Shown one piece after another: positions 1-8,465 of a DNA stretch of 56,521 nt. Every line of letters begins with the position of its first letter. The first letter of the stretch is position 1. The position numbers were made by a program, and so were the translations under genes. Source of the stretch: an uncultured virus (IMG/VR IMGVR_UViG_3300024270_000041) (taxonomy: Duplodnaviria; Heunggongvirae; Uroviricota; Caudoviricetes); IMG/VR virus record IMGVR_UViG_3300024270_000041. One strand, given 5' to 3'. The notes under the pieces were generated by a model. The model ran no database searches. It was not told the DNA's origin and worked only from the letters and a program-made list of their open reading frames with translations.

Positions 1-1
1 C

Positions 2-133
2 AATGTTGAGTTTGATATTGATTATCTCATGTCCTCTCTGGCAACTCCATCGATTCATATGTTTGAATACTTCCCATTGATACTTTATATCATGAAAAAC
101 CATTATAATGGTTACTTCAAGCAGGTAGCTTGA
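2..133 (+). CDS. 3' end of a CDS truncated by the window edge (...HYNGYFKQVA*)
   Basis: Open frame from nt 2 to TGA at 131-133. Confidence 0.6.
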   Translation, partial: NVEFDIDYLMSSLATPSIHMFEYFPLILYIMKNHYNGYFKQVA

Positions 134-136
134 GTT

Positions 137-148
137 AACAACCATATA
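137..148 (+). promoter_or_regulatory. late-type phage promoter AACA-N6-TA
   Basis: AACA accata TA; the same motif recurs before structural genes. Confidence 0.65.
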
Positions 149-173
149 AATCGAAACTATCACTACGAAAGGA

Positions 174-611
174 ATGATATACATGATTAAGTTAGATATC
201 TTTGATACAGACGACTCTATCTTCGAATCTGGACTGAGAGATGATGCATATGGCGTTATTGAACTCGGTCTTGGTGTTGAAGGTGCAGTGAACCCAGATA
301 TTGATGATTCTGAACTTATCGATGATGATCCAGATGATACTGGTGACCTCGAAGGCGAAGACGTTGTTGCTGGTGTTGATGACGACCCAGACCCAGAAGA
401 ATATGAAGACGATGACTATGACGATGCCGTGAACGACGTTCTTGTAGACGAAGATGACGATGATGATATCGACATTGATGCTGCAATGGAAGCTCTCGAC
501 GTCATTGACCCAGTAAACTGTGCGTTCAACGACGACCTTGATCTCGAAAACGTTACAGCATATTCACTTTTCGACAGCGGACTTACGCTCGAAGATGAAT
601 ATAACGTATAA
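174..611 (+). CDS. extremely acidic hypothetical protein (possible head/internal protein or DNA mimic)
   Basis: 145-aa ORF with long D/E runs; AAAGGA upstream favours a start at 183. Confidence 0.75.
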   Translation: MIYMIKLDIFDTDDSIFESGLRDDAYGVIELGLGVEGAVNPDIDDSELIDDDPDDTGDLEGEDVVAGVDDDPDPEEYEDDDYDDAVNDVLVDEDDDDDIDIDAAMEALDVIDPVNCAFNDDLDLENVTAYSLFDSGLTLEDEYNV

Positions 612-618
612 GTAATTA

Positions 619-650
619 TTATCCCATTACCTATATAGGTAATGGGATAA
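619..650. terminator. repeated hairpin ATCCCATTACC..GGTAATGGGAT, copy 1
   Basis: Perfect inverted repeat just after a stop codon; same arms at 6025 and 11040. Confidence 0.75.
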
Positions 651-679
651 TTTACACCGTAATTTCCGTATATACTGCA

Positions 680-689
680 TATATATCAT
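680..689 (+). promoter_or_regulatory. early-type phage promoter motif TATATATCAT
   Basis: Recurring intergenic motif oriented toward the downstream gene. Confidence 0.65.
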
Positions 690-772
690 AACATTGTACA
701 AGAAGTAGCAAACGGCTATGGATGTACATAGTTTAGGGCCACTGATGACGGTGGCAGAAAGGAGGCATCATT

Positions 773-1120
773 ATGATGTCCGAAATGTATAATTCTTATA
801 ATAAGGTGATCGCAATTATCGACAATGTGTTCAACACGTTTGTATCCTCTTCCGAAGAGGATAAGTATATTGCTAGTGTTAACCGCGCTAGCTTTACACT
901 TAACGCTCCACAGATCCTTATGGATCTTGAGAGGATTGGTGCAATGAGTGCCGATGACATCGAAGGTTTCGTGCCGAAGTATGTCGAAAACTTTAGCTCT
1001 GCTTATAAGCAGAGCTTTATCGTGAGCAGTGGTTTCGGGGAAGCTACCGCATCTCGATATTCTCATCAGGCAGCTTCCAGCATGATGGAAATTATTGACA
1101 GTTATCTCGCAATGAGATAA
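773..1120 (+). CDS. hypothetical protein
   Basis: 115-aa ORF with AAAGGAGG RBS, followed by a hairpin and T-run (~1125-1158). Confidence 0.8.
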   Translation: MMSEMYNSYNKVIAIIDNVFNTFVSSSEEDKYIASVNRASFTLNAPQILMDLERIGAMSADDIEGFVPKYVENFSSAYKQSFIVSSGFGEATASRYSHQAASSMMEIIDSYLAMR

Positions 1121-1175
1121 CTGTCGAATCGGGGTCGCTTCGGTGGCCTCGATTTTTTGCTCAAATATGTCCCTA

Positions 1176-1187
1176 GACAATTTCATA
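1176..1187 (+). promoter_or_regulatory. late-type promoter variant GACA-N6-TA
   Basis: GACA atttca TA immediately before the terminase RBS. Confidence 0.5.
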
Positions 1188-1212
1188 ACCTTGAATGAAA
1201 GGAGGATATAAC

Positions 1213-3558
1213 TTGGCTACTATTATAAATGATTCCAAGGTCAGGGTATTTAGAGATTATCATCCGGACTTAGATGATGATAATCATAAGCATGTCCCTC
1301 CGATGAATTTGGAATCCGATATAGGAACTATGTCCAAGGATATGGAACAGGTTGTAGCTACTACTCTTCATGAGCATAAAGAAGCTATGACTGAATTCGA
1401 TAGAAAGAATAACAAGAAGAAGAAACTGTATCAATGGACCACTAGGAATAAAAGCTTCATTGAATTACATAATGACCTTAAGGTACTTGGGGTGAAAAAT
1501 AATAAATTCTTCCTCAGATTATATGATGAAACTCTGATGGATATTGACCCCTATGCACTGGTAGTACCACCGGAAATACAGGCTCGTATCATTATCGAAT
1601 GTATCCGTAACCCATGGTATTTCTTACGAGAAATATGCCGTATCCCAGTAGATGGTAAACCTATCTGTCCTGGTGGTGGTACATCATTCATTGCCGATAG
1701 AAATAATATCGCTACATGGTATCTTTTTTTGAATGGTATTGACCATTACTCATCAAAGCCTCGTCAGAGAGGTAAGACACAGGACGCCCTTGCTAAACTC
1801 AATTATAGCTTCCACTTCGGATGTACATCTGCGACCATTACATTGGCTAATAAAGACTTCACTCTTAATAAGATGAATCTTAGCCGACTAAAGACCCAAA
1901 GAGACATGTTGCCTTTATATCTTCAGATGAAATTATCTATCGACCAGACCACTGGTAAGGTTGAGAAGGAACAGAATAACGTACTCTCTATGGGTAATCC
2001 TATTAACTTTAATAAGATTCAGTTGCTTCCATCTGCATCTACAAGTGCTAAAGCACAGTCTGTAGGACGAGGTGTTACATCTGCTATCGTAATGTATGAT
2101 GAGTTTGACTGGATGCCATATAACATGGATATCTACTACGCGTCATCATTCTCATATAAGACAGCGTCTGATAATGCTAAGAAGAATATGTCACTCTATG
2201 GACGTATATTCACATCTACCCCTGGTAATATGGAAACCAAGGAAGGTCAGAATGCTGATATATTCATCAATGGTGATACTGATAATGATAACCATGGTCG
2301 TCCAATGCTCAAGTGGAAGGATAATTACTTCGACCTTCCTATCGAGAAGCTTAAGAGTATAGTAAACTCTAAATCGTATAACGGTATCGTCTACGTCGAA
2401 CATACGTGGCAACAGCTTAAGTGCGATAATAAATGGTATGAGGAAGCATGTCGAGGTGTTAACTATAACCCTGAGCAGATTGCTCGTGAAATTCTGCTTA
2501 AGAGACTTAGGGGTTCTTCCAAGTCACCGTTTAAGAGAACTCAACTCATGGGACTTCTTAACAATGTCGAGAGTCCTATTGATGAGGTGGACTATACTGA
2601 TAACCTCTGCCCATTCTTCTTCTATGAGAAGCTTAATAAGCGAACCCCATACCTTATTGCAATCGACCCCGCTGAAGGTCTCAGCGGAGACAACCTTGCT
2701 GTGGTGGGCATAAGCCCGTTTACTGAGAAGGTAGCATTCGAATTCAAGACCCCATATATCAATCAGACTAAGATGGCTAAAATATTGGTCAAGTTCATGG
2801 ACAACTTCTGTCCAAGAGGATTGATTATTATCGAAAACAACCGAGGACGAGAACTTATCAACCAATTACTTCTTACGAAGTACGCCGACCACTTATGGTA
2901 TGATACAGATAAGCTTGATAAGAAAGAAACTATCAATACAAAAGATCTTGACCCTGAAGCAGAACGAGCGATTGGTTGGAATACTAGTCCGAAAACTCGT
3001 CCGATGATGATGGCAACTCTTGAGACTATTGTAGTCGAAAGCCCTGAGAAGGCTAATAGTAAATTCGTAGTGGACGATATCTGCTCACTTGAAAGAGTCA
3101 ATGGTTCTATTAAGGCTGCACCTGGCAAGCACGACGACGTCGCTTTAGCATTTTCCATGGGTCATACAGTTTATCGTACTGCCACCAATTTAAGTAACTG
3201 GGGTATTTATCCGGGCATGAAAGAAGCCCCGAATCTTGACCCTAGCGACCCACAATATAAAAAGAATGCCCTTGCTGCACTCATGGAATATCTGCCAGAT
3301 GATCTTAAACAGATATTTGTCAGGGGTGTTAAGAAGGATGTCAATACTGATAATTCATCGATCAGAAGTAGTATCGAACGTGAAGCTGCTATGATTCATA
3401 TGCAGGAAGTTGCTAGGAAATCACAGTTTGATGAAGATGCTGTCGATGAGACGATGATTGATAATGATGAGTTGTATGAAGAGGTATCAATGGATGAATT
3501 CTATAACCAGGCGGTATATAATCCAGATGCTAACCTCGACTTATCAGACTACTTTTAA
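1213..3558 (+). CDS. terL: terminase large subunit
   Basis: Walker A KPRQRGKT, Walker B VMYDE, coupling motif TSTPG, RNase H-like nuclease motifs AIDPAEG and HDDVALA; probable TTG start at 1213 after GGAGG. Confidence 0.93.
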   Translation: MATIINDSKVRVFRDYHPDLDDDNHKHVPPMNLESDIGTMSKDMEQVVATTLHEHKEAMTEFDRKNNKKKKLYQWTTRNKSFIELHNDLKVLGVKNNKFFLRLYDETLMDIDPYALVVPPEIQARIIIECIRNPWYFLREICRIPVDGKPICPGGGTSFIADRNNIATWYLFLNGIDHYSSKPRQRGKTQDALAKLNYSFHFGCTSATITLANKDFTLNKMNLSRLKTQRDMLPLYLQMKLSIDQTTGKVEKEQNNVLSMGNPINFNKIQLLPSASTSAKAQSVGRGVTSAIVMYDEFDWMPYNMDIYYASSFSYKTASDNAKKNMSLYGRIFTSTPGNMETKEGQNADIFINGDTDNDNHGRPMLKWKDNYFDLPIEKLKSIVNSKSYNGIVYVEHTWQQLKCDNKWYEEACRGVNYNPEQIAREILLKRLRGSSKSPFKRTQLMGLLNNVESPIDEVDYTDNLCPFFFYEKLNKRTPYLIAIDPAEGLSGDNLAVVGISPFTEKVAFEFKTPYINQTKMAKILVKFMDNFCPRGLIIIENNRGRELINQLLLTKYADHLWYDTDKLDKKETINTKDLDPEAERAIGWNTSPKTRPMMMATLETIVVESPEKANSKFVVDDICSLERVNGSIKAAPGKHDDVALAFSMGHTVYRTATNLSNWGIYPGMKEAPNLDPSDPQYKKNALAALMEYLPDDLKQIFVRGVKKDVNTDNSSIRSSIEREAAMIHMQEVARKSQFDEDAVDETMIDNDELYEEVSMDEFYNQAVYNPDANLDLSDYF

Positions 3559-3574
3559 TTTCAATATCTCTATT

Positions 3575-3586
3575 AACATGCCTATA
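3575..3586 (+). promoter_or_regulatory. late-type promoter AACA-N6-TA
   Basis: AACA tgccta TA in the intergenic space. Confidence 0.65.
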
Positions 3587-3628
3587 AATTAATCATTCTA
3601 TAATGTGAAGAAAGTCGGTGGATAAATA

Positions 3629-4393
3629 ATGTATGATGATTACTCAATGGACGGTATTGAAGACCTTCTTGATTTCTTCGATACCGAACGAACTGCCAAA
3701 ACTATCGAGCAGCAGATAATGACCGATGAGTTCGGTCTTGATGCACCGATCGACTATTATAGGCCATACTATACCAAGTTTAAAACACTTGAAGTTGATA
3801 TCGATAATGGTATCACCGAAAGTATGGTATCTACTTGCCGCCATAAGGCAAAAGTAATTGCATTGATGTTTATTGAAGCAATACTGAAGAAGTTCAATCT
3901 TCATATCGATGAATTCTGGATTGATAATATGGATGAAGCTCAGTTACAGGGTGTCACCATTGTACTCTATGATTTCTTCATACTTCATTTACGTGAATAT
4001 CTCCTCGAGGTAATCACGCGTTACATTGATGCTAACAGTAAGATGCTTGCGGACCAGTTCGAGCATAATCCTAGAATTGCTCGCGATGCATCTCTTTCTG
4101 CATTCCTCAAAGTCGTTGATGAGGACTATGCGGTTATCGGAGCAAACGTTTATGATGTGTGCTTCCTGACCCTTAATAATCTCAACGAGATTGAATATAT
4201 CAATCATATCAATGCAGATAACGAAATCCAACCACATATTAAAAGATTCTTCGAAGAGGGTAAAATCTCCGGTAACTTCATCGATGTTCTCGAGCAGATG
4301 ATGGCTGATGTTTCAAACGGTCTTAAGAGCCATATGGGATTCGAAATCGTTGCTTATATTAAGAGAGCTCATGCTAAGAATCTTAATCATTAA
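3629..4393 (+). CDS. hypothetical protein (likely virion/assembly)
   Basis: 254-aa ORF following terL, under a late-type motif. Confidence 0.75.
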   Translation: MYDDYSMDGIEDLLDFFDTERTAKTIEQQIMTDEFGLDAPIDYYRPYYTKFKTLEVDIDNGITESMVSTCRHKAKVIALMFIEAILKKFNLHIDEFWIDNMDEAQLQGVTIVLYDFFILHLREYLLEVITRYIDANSKMLADQFEHNPRIARDASLSAFLKVVDEDYAVIGANVYDVCFLTLNNLNEIEYINHINADNEIQPHIKRFFEEGKISGNFIDVLEQMMADVSNGLKSHMGFEIVAYIKRAHAKNLNH

Positions 4394-4405
4394 TGAAAGG
4401 ACTGA

Positions 4406-4711
4406 ATGAATATGGCTAGAGCTACTATTCAGAACATCTTCACTCAGCGTGAAGTAATCCATAAGCTCAGAGTCGAATCAGATAATCTCGATAACACTAC
4501 ACGTCAGATGGCTGATGACTACTGTGATATGGTTGCACAGATTCGTAAGAGGACCATCAGTAACCCAAATTCTACTACAGTGAAGTATGCTGGTAATCCT
4601 AACAAACTCGGGCTCGTATCCAAAGTTTCTTCAGTAGGAACTATCAATACATTCCCTGAACTGATTCAGTATGCTGAGAAGGTTATTAAACTTATCAAGA
4701 ATGCTAAGTGA
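4406..4711 (+). CDS. hypothetical protein
   Basis: 101-aa ORF with AAAGGA RBS, operonic. Confidence 0.75.
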   Translation: MNMARATIQNIFTQREVIHKLRVESDNLDNTTRQMADDYCDMVAQIRKRTISNPNSTTVKYAGNPNKLGLVSKVSSVGTINTFPELIQYAEKVIKLIKNAK

Positions 4712-4745
4712 TAACTAAACTTAATTTCATAGGAGGACTACCAAC

Positions 4746-6017
4746 ATGCAGGAAACTAATGAAGCACGCGGGCTGACAGAGCCCGTTAATACACAAATGG
4801 AGGAGACCGAGACAGCTACCGCTGCTATGTGTCTCGATGACCCGAAAGATATTCCAACGGTTGAGTTGACTACCACAAATGATAAGCTGGTAATCACTCA
4901 TGATAATCCGCTGGTTGAAGCGGTTCTCAGAAAAGCTTATGAGAACGGTATTCCAGTTGAAGTAGTTAAGGATGTCGAAGACGTCGTTAACGAATTCAGC
5001 AAGAAGACTAAGATTGAGCTCGTTATGGCTAAGAGAGAAATCGAAAATTATAATGGTCTCAAGGAACTTGCAGCAGGACTTGCGGAATCAAGTAAGTCGA
5101 TGTCAGCAACATCCAAGGCACTTACGGATTTCATTGAACCGAATTTCAATTTCGATGAAAACGAGAACGAATCCGACGCTGCCGAGAGTATTGAAGAGCC
5201 GGAATCTGAACCTGAGGACGAACTTGCTAACGAGATTGATGGTATGTATAAGACTCTTGAGAACGATATTGCAATCGCTAATATTGCATACGATGTCGTT
5301 TATCAGAAGTATATGGAAGACCATCCAAATACCACCGTATATGATGACCTTCTTGAGAAGCTTCTGAAGGATAAGGCAACTCTTGAGTCCGGTAATAATA
5401 TTAATGCACCAAAGCTCATTGCATGCATCGATGATGTTATTGCTTGTATGCAGAAGAATGACCTCGAGGCACTCCTCGTACCATTCCATACAAAGACTGA
5501 TAATCAGAAGAGACTTCGTATTCTTGCGAAGGAACTTATCAATGTCAAGCGTCCAGTTTACCGTGACCTCGAGACTATCGGTATTACTCAGGAGCATATC
5601 GTGAAGTTTATTAACTTCTTTATTACCGAGGCAAACTTCCGTGAGACATATGCAACGGGACCTATTGGTTTCCCAGATACACGTCTTATTCCAAACATCT
5701 GTCTCTTCTTCTTATATCATCTCTGTAAGATTATTACTAACTCTCGTAAGAGAGCTACATATGAGACTCTTAAGTATCGTCTCGCATTCATGCATGTCAT
5801 TGACGTAGTGGATACGTATCCATCCACTACCAAGACATTCACTGAGAACAGATTCATTGGTGATGCAACTAATGAGAATGCTGAGCCTACAGAGCTCTCA
5901 ATTGCTCGTGCAAAGGTATATGATACATTCGTACCACTTCTTATGAAGTACTTTGGTGCGATGAATGACCAGACATTGGTTAAGTATTCAGTAGCACAGG
6001 CAAGAAAGACAAAGTAA
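4746..6017 (+). CDS. hypothetical protein
   Basis: 423-aa ORF with AGGAGG RBS, ending at the repeated hairpin. Confidence 0.8.
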   Translation: MQETNEARGLTEPVNTQMEETETATAAMCLDDPKDIPTVELTTTNDKLVITHDNPLVEAVLRKAYENGIPVEVVKDVEDVVNEFSKKTKIELVMAKREIENYNGLKELAAGLAESSKSMSATSKALTDFIEPNFNFDENENESDAAESIEEPESEPEDELANEIDGMYKTLENDIAIANIAYDVVYQKYMEDHPNTTVYDDLLEKLLKDKATLESGNNINAPKLIACIDDVIACMQKNDLEALLVPFHTKTDNQKRLRILAKELINVKRPVYRDLETIGITQEHIVKFINFFITEANFRETYATGPIGFPDTRLIPNICLFFLYHLCKIITNSRKRATYETLKYRLAFMHVIDVVDTYPSTTKTFTENRFIGDATNENAEPTELSIARAKVYDTFVPLLMKYFGAMNDQTLVKYSVAQARKTK

Positions 6018-6021
6018 AAAT

Positions 6022-6056
6022 ATTATCCCATTACCCTTCAAGGGTAATGGGATAAT
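6022..6056. terminator. repeated hairpin ATCCCATTACC..GGTAATGGGAT, copy 2
   Basis: Perfect inverted repeat after a stop codon. Confidence 0.75.
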
Positions 6057-6084
6057 TTATGCCGTGATTTTAGAGATAAGTGCA

Positions 6085-6094
6085 TATATATTAT
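6085..6094 (+). promoter_or_regulatory. early-type promoter motif TATATATTAT
   Basis: One mismatch to TATATATCAT, at about the same spacing from the hairpin as the copy at 680. Confidence 0.6.
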
Positions 6095-6177
6095 ATTAGT
6101 AGCAATAAAGGAAGTATCGCTAAGTTATAGGGCACTTAGCGACGTATAAAATAGCCCTTCATACTGGAGGTAATAGT

Positions 6178-6465
6178 ATGAAAGAATCCGTTGTTACAAG
6201 AACCGTAATATTTGTCAATCCAGAAAGATTGACATTCGACACATCTATCAAAGATGTGTTGAAAAAGACAGGAAACGCGTTTGTGCAGTTACTTGATAAC
6301 GAAGATAACGTAGCTGATACGGCGCGTGCGATTCGAGCAAACCTCGCAGATCATACATCTGCAGGAAAGAGCCCGGTTAATGTTGTGCTTTCCGGATTCG
6401 ACTACGACCCGGAAATTCTCGAGGCAATCGAGAAAAATGGTTGTAAGCTTATCTGGGCTTGCTAA
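6178..6465 (+). CDS. hypothetical protein
   Basis: 95-aa ORF with GGAGG RBS, its own promoter motif and a terminator. Confidence 0.8.
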   Translation: MKESVVTRTVIFVNPERLTFDTSIKDVLKKTGNAFVQLLDNEDNVADTARAIRANLADHTSAGKSPVNVVLSGFDYDPEILEAIEKNGCKLIWAC

Positions 6466-6471
6466 ATAATT

Positions 6472-6538
6472 AAACAGCACCGCCAAGTAATCATACTTGG
6501 CGGTTTTGGAATTACCTTGGCGGTGCTGTTTTTTTTTT
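6472..6538. terminator. terminator between convergent genes, with a duplicated 3' arm
   Basis: AAACAGCACCGCCAAG pairs with CTTGGCGGTGCTGTTT, followed by a long T-run. Confidence 0.75.
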
Positions 6539-7550
6539 ATACTTCCTTGTAGATATAATGTCTCTGAAGGTGGTCAACTGCGGTATTTGCACGATAGTTA
6601 ATCTCGAATTGGATATCATTCGGATTTTCAGGAACTGGGTAATCCGGGATAGGTTCACCATCCTGGTCTACCGCATATACATTCCAGTCCTCAGTATTAG
6701 TATTAAACTCGGCGACTAAATCGACATGCTGGCCTTCATACTTAAGATACTTATCGCCATCATTACCGGCTCTCTTACTGTCATAATCTTCAGAGTACTG
6801 CTCGCCGATATCATCCATTGAATCATTATCATCTTCATCATAATCTGCACCGGAGAATTCTTCACGTCCTCCAACATCTCCGATGAGGTGCTGGTGACCC
6901 ATACCGAAGAGCTGCTGCATGATATTGTTAGTAATAAGAGATTCATCTGTACCACCAACATTCTTATCGAGCTTAGCTTTAAGCTCAATCTTAGTCTTTG
7001 CGATATTATTGAGTTCTTTGAGTACACTCACTCTTGCAGTATGAAGTGATGTCTTCTGCCCGGCAAGTTCGGCCGTCTTAATAGCAGAACGGTTAAATCC
7101 TGTACCGCGGAGATTCTCGAGGTCTTTCTCGAGCTTAGCACTATCCTTATGCATTTCTGCGAGGATGTTACGAAGCTCCTGCTCATTAGCAGCAAACGCT
7201 CTGTCAATCTCGTTTTCACTTTCAGATACGGCGTTAGTTCGTGCATATTTACGACCCATACCGATGAGTGCAGACTTGAGTTCAAGATCCTCATCATCTA
7301 CGTCGATAGTATCAATCAATGCATCGAAGTCCTCTTCCTGAAGACCTCCATACTTAGCAAGTTTCTTATCAAGGTCATCCAGAAGTAACTTAGGGTCGTC
7401 AATGCTGGTATGTGATTCTGAATCGAGAAACTTTGGAAGTTTCTTTGATTTTTTATCTTTCTTAGGTGTAACTACTTCGACTTCAGGAGCATCTCCTGAG
7501 AGGGATGATGATGCAACGAGTTGTCGAAGTCCATCCAATGTACTACTCAT
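6537..7550 (-). CDS. hypothetical coiled-coil protein
   Basis: Probable start MSSTLDG at 7550 after AAGGAGG; late motif upstream. Confidence 0.8.
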   Translation of the reverse strand: MSSTLDGLRQLVASSSLSGDAPEVEVVTPKKDKKSKKLPKFLDSESHTSIDDPKLLLDDLDKKLAKYGGLQEEDFDALIDTIDVDDEDLELKSALIGMGRKYARTNAVSESENEIDRAFAANEQELRNILAEMHKDSAKLEKDLENLRGTGFNRSAIKTAELAGQKTSLHTARVSVLKELNNIAKTKIELKAKLDKNVGGTDESLITNNIMQQLFGMGHQHLIGDVGGREEFSGADYDEDDNDSMDDIGEQYSEDYDSKRAGNDGDKYLKYEGQHVDLVAEFNTNTEDWNVYAVDQDGEPIPDYPVPENPNDIQFEINYRANTAVDHLQRHYIYKEV

Positions 7551-7580
7551 GATTGATTCCTCCTTATGAAATAAAATCAT

Positions 7581-7592
7581 TAGACGGTTGTT
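7581..7592 (-). promoter_or_regulatory. late-type promoter AACA-N6-TA
   Basis: Minus strand AACA accgtc TA. Confidence 0.65.
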
Positions 7593-7624
7593 TTCGGATG
7601 CTATTTCGTCAGAAGTTATGAGAG

Positions 7625-7634
7625 TATATATCAT
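7625..7634 (+). promoter_or_regulatory. early-type promoter motif TATATATCAT (DNA polymerase operon)
   Basis: Exact motif. Confidence 0.65.
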
Positions 7635-7694
7635 AGTGCAGTATAATACGGTTGCCACTGAACCGGTAAAAGTGGCTTGGCGAAAGGAGTACTT

Positions 7695-8465
7695 ATGATT
7701 AGAGTTATTAAGAATGCGTCTGAATTAGAGACGAATATTCCCGGTATACGCAGCGAGAATGCTAAACGGTATTATTGTGATTATGCCATGGATCCATGGT
7801 CATCATCAGAGTTTATGTCCAGTGAAGAAATTCAGATTGGAGATAATGAATATCAGATACGTTTTATATCTGAGATAGAATTCACGAATTACGGAATCGA
7901 TATAAACGATATAACCGAGATATATACTGAATTGGTGTTGTTGAAGAGGGCTAAGACCAGGGGTCAGGATCACTTATATTTAGTGGTACGAGATAAGCAA
8001 ACAGACATACCCATTGGTGTAGTACTGCTCAACGTATTTTTATCACAGGAGGATGAGGATGGTATACCTGATTTCGACGCATTGATTGATGTCAGTATCG
8101 GTACTTGCTGTGAAGCATATGTCGTACGCGAAATAGACAATATTCGCACATTAATGGGTAAAGGTATGATAAACGAGGCAGCAGTGGTAGTGGCATATAA
8201 TATGGTATTAGCATTGAAAGAACTGCATGTTAAACTGCGACTTGCTGATAATGATAAAGAATTCGATATTAATTATGAGCCGACAATCGACGACCTTACG
8301 GAATTCGTATCCATATATCAGGGATTCCTTAAGTCTGAACTTAAGAGGTTGGGTATCATTACGGCTCCCACCCAATATGAGAAGGACATCATAAATCTTG
8401 TCGATAATATCATGAATGCAGTCAATGATTCAGAATATGTAAAATGGAGGAAGAAACATCCATGA
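7695..8465 (+). CDS. hypothetical protein
   Basis: ATG at 7695 after AAAGGAG; its stop overlaps the polymerase start (ATGA). Confidence 0.75.
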   Translation: MIRVIKNASELETNIPGIRSENAKRYYCDYAMDPWSSSEFMSSEEIQIGDNEYQIRFISEIEFTNYGIDINDITEIYTELVLLKRAKTRGQDHLYLVVRDKQTDIPIGVVLLNVFLSQEDEDGIPDFDALIDVSIGTCCEAYVVREIDNIRTLMGKGMINEAAVVVAYNMVLALKELHVKLRLADNDKEFDINYEPTIDDLTEFVSIYQGFLKSELKRLGIITAPTQYEKDIINLVDNIMNAVNDSEYVKWRKKHP

